Shown here: positions 11,738-25,336 of the stretch, piece after piece
How positions within the stretch are numbered: position 1 is the stretch's first letter
Layout of the letters: every line of letters starts with the position of its first letter
NCBI RefSeq assembly: GCF_013122565.1
Contig: NZ_CP053258.1
Strand: one strand, 5' to 3'
DNA: 64,000 nucleotides
From: Escherichia coli
Lineage (GTDB): Bacteria; Pseudomonadota; Gammaproteobacteria; Enterobacterales; Enterobacteriaceae
Notes under the pieces: generated by a model
Seen by the model: only the letters and a program-made list of their open reading frames with translations
Databases searched by the model: none
What the model was told of the DNA's origin: nothing
Program-made: the position numbers and the translations under genes

Positions 11738-12607
11738 TTATCGCTTTTTCGAATGTGCTTTCTGGTTGTCGAACCAGTGGAAATAACTGATCACGCCTTC
11801 AGCAATCGCTGTGGCGATTTTCTGACGAAACGCCGCCGTGCCTAACAGTCGCTCTTCTTCCGGGTTGGTGATAAACGAGGTTTCCACCAGCACCGAAGGA
11901 ACCGACGGCGATTTCAACACCACAAACGCGGCTTGTTCGGTGTTGCGGCTGTGCAGTTTATGCACCGGCTTAATCTTCTTCAGAATATGCGAGCCAAGCG
12001 TCAGACTGTTTTTAATAGTATCGGTTTGCACCAAATCAAACAGCACTTGTTGCAATAGGTGATCCTTGTCAGTTGCCTTTTTACCGGCAACTTCATCAGC
12101 GCGGTTTTCGCGTTCAGACAGGTACTTCGCCATTGCGCTACTTGCCCCACGGTTAGAAAGGGCAAAAACCGAAGCGCCTGCTGCTTTTGGGTTAGTAAAA
12201 CCGTCGGCGTGAATTGACATAAACAGATCTGCTCGATGCTTATGGGCGATTTCAACACGATCGTAAAGGGGGATAAACGTATCGCCAGAACGCGTTAAAC
12301 GTGCATCAATGCCGTGATTGCGCAAAATGGAACGAACATTTTTGGCGATCGCCAGCACCACATGTTTTTCTTTCGAACCGTTGCGGCCAATCGCTCCGGT
12401 ATCAATCCCGCCATGACCAGGATCGAGAACGACTATCCGTTTGCTCCCGGCTTTTTTGGCTTTCGGCTTACTGTGTCCGTTGCTGGTTTTTAAAGGTTCG
12501 TCTTTGGCGATGGCTTGCGACATTCCTGACAACGTCAGGGCAGCCAAACCGGCTTTCAGCACCTGGCGGCGCGAAGTGAGTGTTTTTAGTGGTTTAAAAG
12601 TGCTCAT
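11738..12607 (-). CDS. amiA: N-acetylmuramoyl-L-alanine amidase AmiA
   Basis: 289-aa ORF with N-terminal Tat-type signal (SRRQVLKAGLAAL); amidase_3 fold. Confidence 0.95.
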   Translation of the reverse strand: MSTFKPLKTLTSRRQVLKAGLAALTLSGMSQAIAKDEPLKTSNGHSKPKAKKAGSKRIVVLDPGHGGIDTGAIGRNGSKEKHVVLAIAKNVRSILRNHGIDARLTRSGDTFIPLYDRVEIAHKHRADLFMSIHADGFTNPKAAGASVFALSNRGASSAMAKYLSERENRADEVAGKKATDKDHLLQQVLFDLVQTDTIKNSLTLGSHILKKIKPVHKLHSRNTEQAAFVVLKSPSVPSVLVETSFITNPEEERLLGTAAFRQKIATAIAEGVISYFHWFDNQKAHSKKR

Positions 12608-12820
12608 ACGGCCTGAGTTGTAATAATAAAGTTCCAGATGTTATATCGTATCGCGTAATCCGTTACGACGGTTTGATGTTGAGAATTGTTTTACTTTTCA
12701 TTTCAATAGTTGACAACTCCCCATTATGCCACTTTTTCAACCTATTTTCGTCAGATATTGGCTAATTCGACCGTTCACGCCATAATCAGCCTTTTAACCC
12801 GCAAAAAGGTAACGAATACC

Positions 12821-13246
12821 ATGGAGATACGCGTATTTCGCCAGGAAGATTTCGAAGAGGTCATCACCCTTTGGGAACGTTGCGACTTGCTGCGTCCGTG
12901 GAACGATCCGGAAATGGACATCGAGCGTAAGATGAACCATGACGTCAGTTTGTTTTTGGTCGCTGAGGTGAACGGTGAAGTGGTCGGAACGGTGATGGGC
13001 GGTTATGACGGGCATCGCGGGTCTGCTTATTATCTTGGCGTGCATCCAGAGTTTCGTGGGCGTGGGATTGCCAATGCGTTGCTTAACCGGCTGGAGAAAA
13101 AGCTGATTGCTCGCGGCTGCCCGAAAATTCAGATCAACGTGCCGGAAGATAACGACATGGTGCTCGGAATGTATGAACGCCTGGGATATGAACACGCCGA
13201 CGTGCTGAGTCTGGGTAAGCGTTTGATTGAAGATGAAGAGTACTGA
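12821..13246 (+). CDS. ypeA: GNAT-family acetyltransferase YpeA
   Basis: Track ORF 12710-13246 trimmed to ATG at 12821 ([14 protein letters not shown]...), 141 aa. Confidence 0.88.
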
Positions 13247-13682
13247 GTTTCATCCTGTCCATTATGATGCGCACGGTCGCCTGCGTTTACCCTTGCTCTT
13301 CTGGCTTGTGCTATTGCTTCAGGCGCGAACCTGGGTGCTGTTTGTCATTGCCGGTGCGTCGCGCGAGCAGGGTACTGCGCTGCTAAATCTGTTTTATCCC
13401 GATCACGATAATTTCTGGCTGGGGCTGATTCCTGGCATTCCGGCGGTGCTGGCGTTTTTGTTGAGCGGTCGGCGGGCTACGTTTCCTCGCACCTGGCGTG
13501 TACTCTATTTTCTGTTGCTGTTGGCGCAGGTGGTTTTACTTTGCTGGCAACCGTGGCTGTGGCTGAACGGTGAATCCGTTAGCGGTATCGGTCTGGCGCT
13601 GGTAGTGGCGGATATTGTGGCGTTAATCTGGCTGCTGACCAATCGACGTTTACGCGCTTGTTTTAATGAAGAAAAAGAATAA
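13233..13682 (+). CDS. yfeZ: Inner-membrane protein YfeZ
   Basis: Hydrophobic ~149-aa ORF overlapping ypeA 3' end; start at second Met assumed. Confidence 0.8.
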
Positions 13683-13703
13683 CGCAGAGGTGCGCTTTGT
13701 TTA

Positions 13704-13802
13704 TGCCGGATGCGGCGTGAACGCCTTATCCGGCCTACAAAACATCGAAAATTCAATATATTGCAGGAGAAAGTAGGCCTGATAAGCGTAGCGCATCAGG
13801 CA
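13704..13802. repeat. REP/BIME cluster in yfeZ-yfeY intergenic
   Basis: Two REP cores in opposite orientation (tgccggatgcggcgtgaacgccttatccggcctac ... gtaggcctgataagcgtagcgcatcaggc). Confidence 0.8.
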
Positions 13803-13888
13803 ATTTTGTGTTTGTCATCAACCTTTAACGGCACTTTTTGGTGAATTTGAACTCCAAGCAACGTTATTGAATAACCAAAGGAAGTGAC

Positions 13889-14464
13889 ATGAAATCGCTG
13901 CGTTTAATGTTATGCGCTATGCCGTTGATGCTGACCGGCTGTTCCACGATGTCGTCAGTTAACTGGTCTGCCGCTAACCCGTGGAACTGGTTTGGGTCGT
14001 CCACCAAAGTGAGCGAGCAGGGCGTTGGTGAATTAACGGCGTCCACACCACTGCAAGAACAAGCCATTGCCGATGCGCTTGATGGCGATTATCGCCTGCG
14101 CAGCGGAATGAAAACCGCGAACGGCAACGTGGTGCGCTTTTTTGAAGTGATGAAGGGCGACAACGTGGCGATGGTGATTAACGGCGATCAAGGCACGATC
14201 AGTCGCATTGACGTGCTGGATAGCGATATTCCTGCTGACACCGGTGTTAAAATCGGTACACCGTTTAGCGACCTTTACAGCAAAGCATTTGGCAATTGCC
14301 AAAAAGCTGATGGTGATGATAATCGTGCCGTCGAATGTAAAGCCGAAGGCAGTCAACATATTAGCTACCAGTTCAGCGGGGAATGGAGTGGTCCTGAAGG
14401 GTTAATGCCTTCGGACGATACCCTGAAAAACTGGAAAGTCAGTAAAATTATCTGGCGGCGTTAA
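13889..14464 (+). CDS. yfeY: Lipoprotein YfeY
   Basis: 191-aa ORF with lipoprotein signal and lipobox (LMLTGCS). Confidence 0.9.
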   Translation: MKSLRLMLCAMPLMLTGCSTMSSVNWSAANPWNWFGSSTKVSEQGVGELTASTPLQEQAIADALDGDYRLRSGMKTANGNVVRFFEVMKGDNVAMVINGDQGTISRIDVLDSDIPADTGVKIGTPFSDLYSKAFGNCQKADGDDNRAVECKAEGSQHISYQFSGEWSGPEGLMPSDDTLKNWKVSKIIWRR

Positions 14465-14475
14465 TTTGCGTCTGA

Positions 14476-15459
<984 letters not shown>

Positions 15460-15482
15460 GCGTTTCTGATTCGATGATGAAA

Positions 15483-15520
15483 GGCCAGGCAGTAACATTA
15501 CTGACTGGCCTTTTTATTAC
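15483..15520. terminator. Bidirectional hairpin terminator between convergent yfeX and yfeW
   Basis: Long imperfect inverted repeat ggccaggcagtaacattactgactggcc flanked by A/T runs. Confidence 0.55.
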
Positions 15521-16818
15521 TGCTTTAACGCCGCATATACCTGATCAACAACCCAACCATAAGTTGCAATCGGCAACTGACCGCTTTCGAACATATTGGG
15601 ATTTTTTTGTGGATCGGCAACGGGTGAATGTGGCTTGTTGCTTAACATCACAATCGCCATATGATTCACCGGATCGATAACGGTTACCGTCCCGGTCCAA
15701 CCTGTGTGACCGTAGGTTTGCGGGCTTGCCAGCGTGCCAAACGTCGGCGTCATGGTGGCATTACCATTCACGCGCCAGCCGAGGCCAAAAGTGGCATCTT
15801 CCTTAGAGCTGGTGGTGAACATCTTCACCGTTTCCGCACTGAACAGCTGCACATCGCCATAGCCACCGCCGTTCAGCATCGTTTGCATTAACACCGCAAT
15901 ATCGCCGGTATTGGAAAACAAACCTGCGTGCCCGGAAACGCCGCCCATCGAATAAAAGGCTTTTTCATCGTGCACCTGACCCCAGAGAGTGGAGGTGCGG
16001 ATATTCGGGAAGTGGATCACGCCATCGCGGGTATTGCCGTTCAATTCTGTGGCGGCAATTTGTTGCGGTTTAAAGCCTTTCAGTAGCGGATTAAACACCG
16101 TATGCGTCAGACCGAGCGGGCGATAAATCGACTCTTCAACATAGCGGTCAAGCGGCTGACCGGTGACCGACTCGACGATAAATCCAAGCAGCATATAATC
16201 GACATCACTGTAAATATGCTTGCTGCCGGGCTGATACTCCAGCGGCGTGCGCTTGATCATCTCCAGCGTCTGGCCTTTATCCTGGGAATATAACGCGCCC
16301 GCGACCGCTTTATTCGGGTATTGCGGGTCCGCCGGGAAACCGCCGCTGTGATGCAGCAGATCAGAAATCCGCAGGGTGTTTTTGCCTTTAATCGCATCGT
16401 TCGCGCCATCGGCAAATCCCGGAATATATTTCGCAATCAGATCGTCAGGATGCAGCTTGCCTTCGCTCATTAGCTTTTGCAGAGCGAAGTTAGTGGCGTA
16501 CATCTTGGTGTTTGAGGCTAGATCATACAGCGTCCCGGTGGTGGCTTTTACCGGCTGCGCCATCAATACGCTGCCATCGTACTTTTTCGCCGCGCCCCAG
16601 GCTTTGCGATACACAATCTGATTATCTTTAATAATCAGCAGGTTTACGCCGGGATAACCGGCATCAACTTGCTGGCTTATCCAGCGATCCATCTGGTTAA
16701 GCCGTTCGACGTTGAACCCTGCTTTCTCTGGCGAACTTTCTGTCAGAACAGGGTATTTTGCGGCGCTGACGCTACAACTAACAGCCAGCAGAGAAAGATA
16801 GAGCATTGTCCGTTTCAT
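15517..16818 (-). CDS. yfeW: Penicillin-binding protein 4B (class C beta-lactamase fold) YfeW
   Basis: SxxK motif (SNTK) seen; start placed at ATG 16818 (MKRTMLYL..., signal peptide), 4 nt downstream of murP stop; track ORF begins at an upstream TTG. Confidence 0.88.
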   Translation of the reverse strand: MKRTMLYLSLLAVSCSVSAAKYPVLTESSPEKAGFNVERLNQMDRWISQQVDAGYPGVNLLIIKDNQIVYRKAWGAAKKYDGSVLMAQPVKATTGTLYDLASNTKMYATNFALQKLMSEGKLHPDDLIAKYIPGFADGANDAIKGKNTLRISDLLHHSGGFPADPQYPNKAVAGALYSQDKGQTLEMIKRTPLEYQPGSKHIYSDVDYMLLGFIVESVTGQPLDRYVEESIYRPLGLTHTVFNPLLKGFKPQQIAATELNGNTRDGVIHFPNIRTSTLWGQVHDEKAFYSMGGVSGHAGLFSNTGDIAVLMQTMLNGGGYGDVQLFSAETVKMFTTSSKEDATFGLGWRVNGNATMTPTFGTLASPQTYGHTGWTGTVTVIDPVNHMAIVMLSNKPHSPVADPQKNPNMFESGQLPIATYGWVVDQVYAALKQ

Positions 16819-16822
16819 AATA

Positions 16823-18247
<1,425 letters not shown>

Positions 18248-18250
18248 GGG

Positions 18251-19147
18251 TTATTCCTTGTCTAAAACCTGACGAATAAAGCCGCCGTGTTGATCCAGGC
18301 GTTTTTTAGCTTCTGCTGCATCGAGATTTTTCAGCACCATCACAATGGCCGTTTTACAGTTGCGCTCGCAGGCAATTAACGCCGCTTCCGCTTGCTCTGC
18401 GCTACATCCGGTAGCGTTTTTGACGATATTGACCTGGCGCACGTGCAGTTTTTCGTTGGTGGCGACCACATCGACCATCAGGTTGCCGAACACTTTGCCG
18501 GATTTAATCATCAGCCCGGTGGAGAGCATATTGAGCACCAGTTTCTGCGCTGTGCCTGCTTTCATTCGCGAAGAACCAGTGACCACTTCGGCACCTACAA
18601 TCGGTGTAATGGCAAACTCGGCGGTGGTTGAAACGGCACTCCCCGGATTACAGGAAATTCCCACTGTGCGGCAGCCGAGCTGGCGTGCGTATTCCAGTCC
18701 GGCAATTACATACGGCGTGCGACCACTGGCCGCAATACCAACCACCACATCCTGCGCGGTTAAACCGATGTTTTTCAGATCGTTAACGCCGCCTTCCCGG
18801 CTATCTTCCGCGCCTTCCACCGCGTGCTGAATGGCATATTCGCCGCCAGCAATTAATCCAACTACCAGGCCTGGTTTCACGCCGTAGGTGGGCGGACATT
18901 CGCTGGCATCCAGAATCCCCAGACGACCGGATGTTCCCGCACCGAGATAAATCAGACGACCGCCGCCGCTTACCTGGGCGTGGATAACATCGATCGCCGC
19001 GGCGATATCCGGCAGGACGCGCTCAACAGCAAGCGGTACGGCTTTATCTTCATCGTTGATAATCCGGCACATTTCCAGCGTCGATACGCGGTCAATTTCA
19101 GCCGAAGCGGCGTTTGAGCCTTCAGTAATCATCTTTTCAAGTTGCAT
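18251..19147 (-). CDS. murQ: N-acetylmuramic acid 6-phosphate etherase MurQ
   Basis: 298-aa SIS-domain ORF; murQP synteny. Confidence 0.93.
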   Translation of the reverse strand: MQLEKMITEGSNAASAEIDRVSTLEMCRIINDEDKAVPLAVERVLPDIAAAIDVIHAQVSGGGRLIYLGAGTSGRLGILDASECPPTYGVKPGLVVGLIAGGEYAIQHAVEGAEDSREGGVNDLKNIGLTAQDVVVGIAASGRTPYVIAGLEYARQLGCRTVGISCNPGSAVSTTAEFAITPIVGAEVVTGSSRMKAGTAQKLVLNMLSTGLMIKSGKVFGNLMVDVVATNEKLHVRQVNIVKNATGCSAEQAEAALIACERNCKTAIVMVLKNLDAAEAKKRLDQHGGFIRQVLDKE

Positions 19148-19310
19148 CGGTGGTGACCTTACTATTTACGATCAAATAATTGCAGATGTATGGAATCATA
19201 TATCCCGAATTGACAGACTTAAAGGAATCATTGAGTCTACACTCGCAGAGTGTGAAGAGCGTCATAAGAACTTAAGCGGAATTTATGCTGCCAGCCCAGG
19301 AGAGTGGAAG

Positions 19311-20168
19311 ATGTTGTACCTGACGAAAATACGCAATGCGGAAAGTGAATTTACCGGGAACGAGCAAAAAATTGCTGACTTTCTGCGGGCCAACGTGAGT
19401 GAGCTGAAATCCGTCTCTTCTCGCAAGATGGCGAAACAGCTCGGCATCAGCCAGTCGAGTATTGTGAAGTTTGCCCAGAAGCTCGGCGCTCAAGGTTTTA
19501 CCGAATTGCGTATGGCGTTAATTGGCGAATACAGTGCCAGCCGGGAGAAAACGAATGCCACGGCGCTGCACCTGCACAGTTCGATTACCAGTGATGATTC
19601 GCTGGAAGTGATTGCCCGCAAACTGAATCGCGAAAAAGAGCTGGCGCTGGAGCAAACCTGCGCGTTGTTCGACTACGCACGGCTGCAAAAAATCATTGAT
19701 GTCATCAGTAAAGCGCAATTTATCCAGATAACGGGCCTGGGCGGATCGGCGCTGGTGGGGCGCGATCTGTCGTTCAAACTGATGAAAATTGGATATCGCG
19801 TGGCCTGCGAAGCCGACACGCACGTACAAGCCACCGTTTCCCAGGCGTTGAAAAAAGGCGATGTACAAATCGCTATCTCTTACAGCGGCAGTAAAAAAGA
19901 GATTGTCTTGTGCGCAGAAGCGGCACGAAAGCAGGGGGCAACGGTGATTGCCATTACTTCTCTGGCTGACTCTCCGCTGCGGCGGCTGGCGCATTTCACG
20001 CTCGATACCGTTTCCGGTGAAACCGAATGGCGTAGCTCGTCGATGTCTACCCGCACGGCGCAAAATTCTGTTACCGATTTACTGTTTGTTGGTCTTGTGC
20101 AACTCAATGATGTGGAGTCATTGAAAATGATTCAGCGCAGCAGTGAGCTAACACAACGCCTGAAATGA
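19311..20168 (+). CDS. murR: RpiR-family repressor MurR (HTH + SIS domain)
   Basis: Track ORF 19056-20168 overlaps murQ; trimmed to ATG 19311 ([14 protein letters not shown]...), 285 aa; divergent from murQ. Confidence 0.9.
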   Translation: MLYLTKIRNAESEFTGNEQKIADFLRANVSELKSVSSRKMAKQLGISQSSIVKFAQKLGAQGFTELRMALIGEYSASREKTNATALHLHSSITSDDSLEVIARKLNREKELALEQTCALFDYARLQKIIDVISKAQFIQITGLGGSALVGRDLSFKLMKIGYRVACEADTHVQATVSQALKKGDVQIAISYSGSKKEIVLCAEAARKQGATVIAITSLADSPLRRLAHFTLDTVSGETEWRSSSMSTRTAQNSVTDLLFVGLVQLNDVESLKMIQRSSELTQRLK

Positions 20169-20296
20169 TGCATAAAGCAGCGACTGGATTGAGATTTTCC
20201 TGAATTAGTGAGCTGATCCGCAGCAATATTTTGTTTATCCTGTATTTTCAGAGGGAATGGAGTGTAACGCTCTGTATTAACAAGGAGAGCATTAAA

Positions 20297-21088
20297 ATGG
20301 GTAAACTCACGGGCAAGACAGCACTGATTACGGGCGCATTGCAGGGAATTGGCGAAGGAATTGCCAGAACTTTTGCGCGTCATGGCGCAAACCTAATCTT
20401 GCTGGATATCTCCCCTGAGATCGAAAAGCTGGCGGACGAACTGTGTGGTCGTGGTCATCGCTGTACGGCGGTTGTCGCCGATGTGCGTGACCCGGCGTCG
20501 GTAGCCGCAGCTATCAAACGCGCGAAGGAAAAAGAAGGGCGCATTGATATCCTGGTGAATAACGCAGGCGTTTGTCGTCTGGGCAGTTTCCTCGATATGA
20601 GCGATGAAGATCGCGATTTCCATATTGATATCAATATTAAAGGCGTATGGAACGTCACGAAGGCGGTGCTGCCGGAGATGATTGCGCGCAAAGATGGTCG
20701 CATTGTGATGATGTCTTCGGTCACTGGCGATATGGTGGCCGATCCGGGTGAAACGGCGTACGCGTTAACGAAAGCGGCAATTGTTGGCCTGACTAAATCG
20801 CTGGCGGTAGAGTACGCGCAGTCGGGGATTCGCGTTAACGCCATCTGCCCGGGATACGTCCGCACGCCAATGGCGGAAAGCATTGCCCGCCAGTCGAACC
20901 CGGAAGATCCAGAATCGGTGCTGACTGAAATGGCGAAAGCAATCCCGCTGCGTCGCCTCGCCGATCCGCTGGAAGTTGGCGAACTGGCGGCCTTCCTCGC
21001 ATCGGATGAATCCAGCTATTTAACCGGTACACAGAATGTGATTGATGGCGGCAGCACACTGCCAGAGACGGTTAGCGTCGGTATCTGA
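20297..21088 (+). CDS. ucpA: Short-chain dehydrogenase/reductase UcpA
   Basis: Trimmed to ATG 20297 (MGKLTGKTALITGALQGIGEG...), 263 aa; SDR glycine-rich NAD(P)-binding motif. Confidence 0.9.
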   Translation: MGKLTGKTALITGALQGIGEGIARTFARHGANLILLDISPEIEKLADELCGRGHRCTAVVADVRDPASVAAAIKRAKEKEGRIDILVNNAGVCRLGSFLDMSDEDRDFHIDINIKGVWNVTKAVLPEMIARKDGRIVMMSSVTGDMVADPGETAYALTKAAIVGLTKSLAVEYAQSGIRVNAICPGYVRTPMAESIARQSNPEDPESVLTEMAKAIPLRRLADPLEVGELAAFLASDESSYLTGTQNVIDGGSTLPETVSVGI

Positions 21089-21101
21089 TTCACTTCTGTT
21101 T

Positions 21102-21126
21102 CCTCCCTGCATTTGTGGGGAGGATT
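21102..21126 (+). terminator. ucpA rho-independent terminator
   Basis: Hairpin cctccctgcatttgtggggagg followed by a T-containing tract. Confidence 0.55.
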
Positions 21127-21391
21127 TCGTCTTGAACTACGTTCACCAGGCTATTTTATTTGTCATTTTGGCCCCGGGCAGTGCTCGAAATCCTCACGTA
21201 CTATGTGTACGCCCCGGTTTCTCCGCGCTGTTCGTGTCCAAACTGACTGCAACAATTACGCCTGTTGAACCAAGTTCTTATTCCCTTTTCAACTTCCAAA
21301 TCACCAAACGGTATATAAAACCGTTACTCCTTTCACGTCCGTTATAAATATGATGGCTATTAGAAAGTCATTAAATTTATAAGGGTGCGCA

Positions 21392-22408
21392 ATGGCCGTT
21401 AACTTACTGAAAAAGAACTCACTCGCGCTGGTCGCTTCTCTGCTGCTGGCGGGCCATGTACAGGCAACGGAACTGCTGAACAGTTCTTATGACGTCTCCC
21501 GCGAGCTGTTTGCCGCCCTGAACCCGCCGTTTGAACAGCAATGGGCCAAAGATAATGGCGGCGACAAACTGACGATAAAACAATCTCATGCCGGGTCATC
21601 AAAACAGGCGCTGGCAATTTTGCAGGGCTTAAAAGCCGACGTTGTCACTTATAACCAGGTGACCGACGTACAAATTCTGCACGATAAAGGCAAGCTTATC
21701 CCGGCGGACTGGCAGTCGCGCCTGCCGAATAATAGCTCGCCGTTCTACTCCACCATGGGCTTCCTGGTGCGTAAGGGCAACCCGAAGAATATCCACGACT
21801 GGAACGACCTGGTGCGCTCCGACGTGAAGCTGATTTTCCCGAACCCGAAAACGTCGGGTAACGCGCGTTACACCTATTTAGCCGCGTGGGGCGCAGCGGA
21901 TAAAGCTGACGGTGGCGACAAAGCCAAAACCGAACAGTTTATGACCCAGTTCCTGAAAAACGTTGAAGTGTTCGATACCGGCGGTCGTGGCGCGACCACC
22001 ACTTTTGCCGAGCGCGGCCTGGGCGATGTGCTGATCAGCTTCGAGTCGGAAGTGAACAACATCCGCAAACAGTATGAAGCGCAGGGCTTTGAAGTGGTGA
22101 TTCCGAAAACCAACATTCTGGCGGAATTCCCGGTGGCGTGGGTTGATAAAAACGTGCAGGCCAACGGTACGGAAAAAGCCGCCAAAGCCTACCTGAACTG
22201 GCTCTACAGCCCGCAGGCGCAAACCATTATCACCGACTATTACTACCGCGTGAATAACCCGGAAGTCATGGACAAACTGAAAGATAAATTCCCGCAGACC
22301 GAGCTGTTCCGCGTGGAAGACAAATTTGGCTCCTGGCCGGAAGTGATGAAAACCCACTTCACCAGCGGCGGCGAGTTAGACAAGCTGTTAGCGGCGGGGC
22401 GTAATTAA
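21392..22408 (+). CDS. cysP: Thiosulfate-binding periplasmic protein CysP
   Basis: 338-aa ORF with signal peptide; cysPUWAM synteny. Confidence 0.95.
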   Translation: MAVNLLKKNSLALVASLLLAGHVQATELLNSSYDVSRELFAALNPPFEQQWAKDNGGDKLTIKQSHAGSSKQALAILQGLKADVVTYNQVTDVQILHDKGKLIPADWQSRLPNNSSPFYSTMGFLVRKGNPKNIHDWNDLVRSDVKLIFPNPKTSGNARYTYLAAWGAADKADGGDKAKTEQFMTQFLKNVEVFDTGGRGATTTFAERGLGDVLISFESEVNNIRKQYEAQGFEVVIPKTNILAEFPVAWVDKNVQANGTEKAAKAYLNWLYSPQAQTIITDYYYRVNNPEVMDKLKDKFPQTELFRVEDKFGSWPEVMKTHFTSGGELDKLLAAGRN

Positions 22409-23241
22409 TGTTTGCAGTTTCTTCAAGACGCGTGCTGCCGGGCTTTACTTTAAGCCTTGGCACCAGTCTGCTGTTTGTGTGCCTGATATTGCTGCTGCCG
22501 CTCTCTGCGCTGGTGATGCAGCTTTCTGAGATGAGCTGGGCGCAGTACTGGGAGGTGATCACCAACCCGCAGGTGGTCGCGGCCTACAAAGTGACGCTGC
22601 TGTCGGCGTTTGTGGCATCGATTTTTAACGGCGTTTTCGGTCTGCTGATGGCGTGGATCTTAACCCGCTATCGCTTTCCGGGTCGCACGCTGCTTGATGC
22701 GCTGATGGATTTACCCTTTGCGCTGCCAACGGCAGTCGCCGGTTTAACGCTGGCCTCGCTCTTTTCCGTAAACGGTTTTTACGGTGAATGGCTGGCGAAG
22801 TTTGATATCAAAGTCACCTATACCTGGCTTGGTATTGCGGTGGCGATGGCCTTTACCAGCATTCCGTTTGTGGTGCGTACCGTGCAGCCGGTGCTGGAAG
22901 AGTTAGGCCCGGAATATGAAGAAGCGGCAGAAACGCTCGGTGCAACGCGCTGGCAGAGTTTCTGCAAAGTGGTGCTGCCGGAACTTTCTCCGGCGCTGGT
23001 GGCGGGCGTGGCGTTGTCGTTTACCCGTAGTCTTGGTGAGTTTGGCGCGGTGATTTTTATCGCCGGGAACATCGCCTGGAAGACGGAAGTGACGTCGCTG
23101 ATGATTTTTGTGCGCTTGCAGGAGTTTGATTACCCGGCGGCGAGTGCGATTGCTTCGGTGATCCTCGCGGCATCTCTGCTGCTGCTGTTCTCAATTAACA
23201 CTCTGCAAAGTCGCTTTGGTCGGCGTGTGGTAGGTCATTAA
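22408..23241 (+). CDS. cysU: Sulfate/thiosulfate ABC transporter permease CysU (CysT)
   Basis: 277-aa membrane ORF; 1-nt overlap with cysP. Confidence 0.95.
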   Translation: MFAVSSRRVLPGFTLSLGTSLLFVCLILLLPLSALVMQLSEMSWAQYWEVITNPQVVAAYKVTLLSAFVASIFNGVFGLLMAWILTRYRFPGRTLLDALMDLPFALPTAVAGLTLASLFSVNGFYGEWLAKFDIKVTYTWLGIAVAMAFTSIPFVVRTVQPVLEELGPEYEEAAETLGATRWQSFCKVVLPELSPALVAGVALSFTRSLGEFGAVIFIAGNIAWKTEVTSLMIFVRLQEFDYPAASAIASVILAASLLLLFSINTLQSRFGRRVVGH

Positions 23242-24116
23242 TGGCGGAAGTTACCCAATTGAAGCGTTATGACGCGCGCCCGATTAACTGGGGCAAATGG
23301 TTTCTGATTGGCATCGGGATGCTGGTATCGGCGTTCATCCTGCTGGTGCCGATGATTTACATCTTCGTGCAGGCGTTCAGCAAAGGGCTGATGCCGGTTT
23401 TACAGAATCTGGCCGACCCGGACATGCTGCACGCCATCTGGCTGACGGTGATGATTGCGCTGATTGCCGTACCGGTAAACCTGGTGTTCGGTATTCTGCT
23501 GGCCTGGCTGGTGACGCGCTTTAACTTCCCCGGACGCCAGTTACTGCTGACGCTACTGGACATTCCTTTTGCCGTGTCACCGGTGGTTGCCGGTCTGGTG
23601 TATCTGCTGTTCTACGGCTCCAACGGCCCGCTCGGCGGCTGGCTGGATGAACATAATCTGCAAATTATGTTCTCCTGGCCCGGAATGGTGCTGGTCACGA
23701 TCTTCGTGACGTGTCCGTTTGTGGTGCGCGAACTGGTGCCGGTGATGTTAAGCCAGGGCAGCCAGGAAGACGAAGCGGCGATTTTGCTTGGCGCATCCGG
23801 CTGGCAGATGTTCCGCCGTGTCACATTGCCGAACATCCGCTGGGCGCTGCTTTATGGCGTAGTGCTGACCAACGCCCGCGCGATTGGCGAGTTTGGCGCG
23901 GTATCGGTGGTTTCCGGCTCGATTCGTGGCGAAACACTTTCGCTGCCGTTACAGATTGAATTGCTGGAGCAGGACTACAACACCGTCGGCTCCTTTACCG
24001 CCGCCGCGTTGTTGACGCTGATGGCGATTATCACCCTGTTTTTAAAGAGTATGTTGCAGTGGCGCCTGGAGAATCAGGAAAAACGCGCACAGCAGGAGGA
24101 ACATCATGAGCATTGA
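23241..24116 (+). CDS. cysW: Sulfate/thiosulfate ABC transporter permease CysW
   Basis: 291-aa membrane ORF; 1-nt overlap with cysU. Confidence 0.95.
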   Translation: MAEVTQLKRYDARPINWGKWFLIGIGMLVSAFILLVPMIYIFVQAFSKGLMPVLQNLADPDMLHAIWLTVMIALIAVPVNLVFGILLAWLVTRFNFPGRQLLLTLLDIPFAVSPVVAGLVYLLFYGSNGPLGGWLDEHNLQIMFSWPGMVLVTIFVTCPFVVRELVPVMLSQGSQEDEAAILLGASGWQMFRRVTLPNIRWALLYGVVLTNARAIGEFGAVSVVSGSIRGETLSLPLQIELLEQDYNTVGSFTAAALLTLMAIITLFLKSMLQWRLENQEKRAQQEEHHEH

Positions 24117-25203
24117 GATTGCCAATATTAAGAAGTCTTTTGGTCGCACCCAGGTGCTGAACGATATCTCACTGGATATTCCTTCAGGTCAGATGGTCGC
24201 GTTGCTGGGGCCGTCTGGTTCCGGGAAAACCACGCTGCTGCGCATTATTGCCGGGCTGGAGCATCAAACCAGTGGGCATATTCGCTTTCACGGTACCGAC
24301 GTCAGCCGTCTGCACGCGAGGGACCGCAAGGTCGGTTTCGTGTTCCAGCATTACGCGCTGTTCCGTCATATGACGGTGTTCGACAATATCGCTTTTGGTC
24401 TGACGGTGCTGCCGCGTCGCGAGCGCCCGAATGCCGCGGCGATCAAAGCGAAAGTGACAAAATTGCTGGAAATGGTCCAGCTTGCTCATCTGGCGGATCG
24501 TTATCCGGCACAGCTTTCCGGCGGCCAGAAACAGCGCGTGGCGCTGGCGCGCGCGCTGGCTGTGGAACCGCAAATTCTGCTGCTTGATGAACCGTTTGGC
24601 GCGCTGGATGCGCAGGTGCGTAAAGAGCTGCGTCGCTGGCTGCGTCAACTGCATGAAGAGCTGAAATTCACCAGCGTGTTTGTGACCCACGACCAGGAAG
24701 AGGCGACCGAAGTAGCCGATCGTGTAGTGGTGATGAGCCAGGGCAATATTGAACAGGCTGATGCGCCGGATCAGGTATGGCGCGAACCAGCGACCCGTTT
24801 TGTACTCGAATTTATGGGCGAAGTGAACCGCCTGCAGGGAACCATTCGAGGCGGGCAGTTCCACGTCGGCGCACATCGCTGGCCGCTGGGCTACACACCT
24901 GCTTATCAGGGGCCGGTGGATCTCTTCCTGCGCCCGTGGGAAGTGGATATCAGCCGCCGTACCAGCCTCGATTCGCCGCTGCCGGTACAGGTACTGGAAG
25001 CCAGCCCGAAAGGTCACTACACCCAATTAGTGGTGCAGCCGCTGGGGTGGTACAACGAACCGCTGACGGTCGTGATGCATGGCGACGATGCCCCGCAGCG
25101 TGGCGAGCGTTTATTCGTTGGTCTGCAACATGCGCGGCTGTATAACGGCGACGAGCGTATCGAAACCCGAGATGAGGAACTTGCTCTCGCACAAAGCGCC
25201 TGA
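24106..25203 (+). CDS. cysA: Sulfate/thiosulfate ABC transporter ATP-binding protein CysA
   Basis: 365-aa ORF, Walker [10 protein letters not shown] and ABC signature LSGGQKQR seen. Confidence 0.95.
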   Translation: MSIEIANIKKSFGRTQVLNDISLDIPSGQMVALLGPSGSGKTTLLRIIAGLEHQTSGHIRFHGTDVSRLHARDRKVGFVFQHYALFRHMTVFDNIAFGLTVLPRRERPNAAAIKAKVTKLLEMVQLAHLADRYPAQLSGGQKQRVALARALAVEPQILLLDEPFGALDAQVRKELRRWLRQLHEELKFTSVFVTHDQEEATEVADRVVVMSQGNIEQADAPDQVWREPATRFVLEFMGEVNRLQGTIRGGQFHVGAHRWPLGYTPAYQGPVDLFLRPWEVDISRRTSLDSPLPVQVLEASPKGHYTQLVVQPLGWYNEPLTVVMHGDDAPQRGERLFVGLQHARLYNGDERIETRDEELALAQSA

Positions 25204-25224
25204 TAGGTTGAGTGAATGTTAAAC

Positions 25225-25258
25225 GCCCGGAGGCGCTTCCAGCGATCCGGGTTTTTTA
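25225..25258 (+). terminator. cysA-distal hairpin terminator
   Basis: cccggaggcgcttccagcgatccggg followed by tttttt. Confidence 0.6.
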
Positions 25259-25277
25259 ATGGCAAGGTTTGTAACCT

Positions 25278-25315
25278 GTAGGCCTGATAAGACGCGCAAG
25301 CGTCGCATAAGGCAA
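25278..25315. repeat. REP unit in cysA-cysM intergenic
   Basis: gtaggcctgataagacgcgcaagcgtcgcataaggc, REP-type palindromic unit. Confidence 0.75.
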
Positions 25316-25336
25316 CACCACGTATGGACAGAGATC

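Noticed and set aside
13760-13888. Possible sigma-E promoter upstream of yfeY
   Set aside because: I could not find a convincing GGAACTT-N16-TCAAA match by eye; left unannotated.
19056-19310. N-terminal extension of the murR ORF (track start 19056)
   Set aside because: The extension overlaps the divergent murQ coding sequence and promoter region; the internal ATG at 19311 gives the 285-aa protein. Analogous extensions were trimmed for eutG, ypeA, yfeX, ucpA, cysM, zipA, ypeB, pdeA, nupC, fryB and yfeW.
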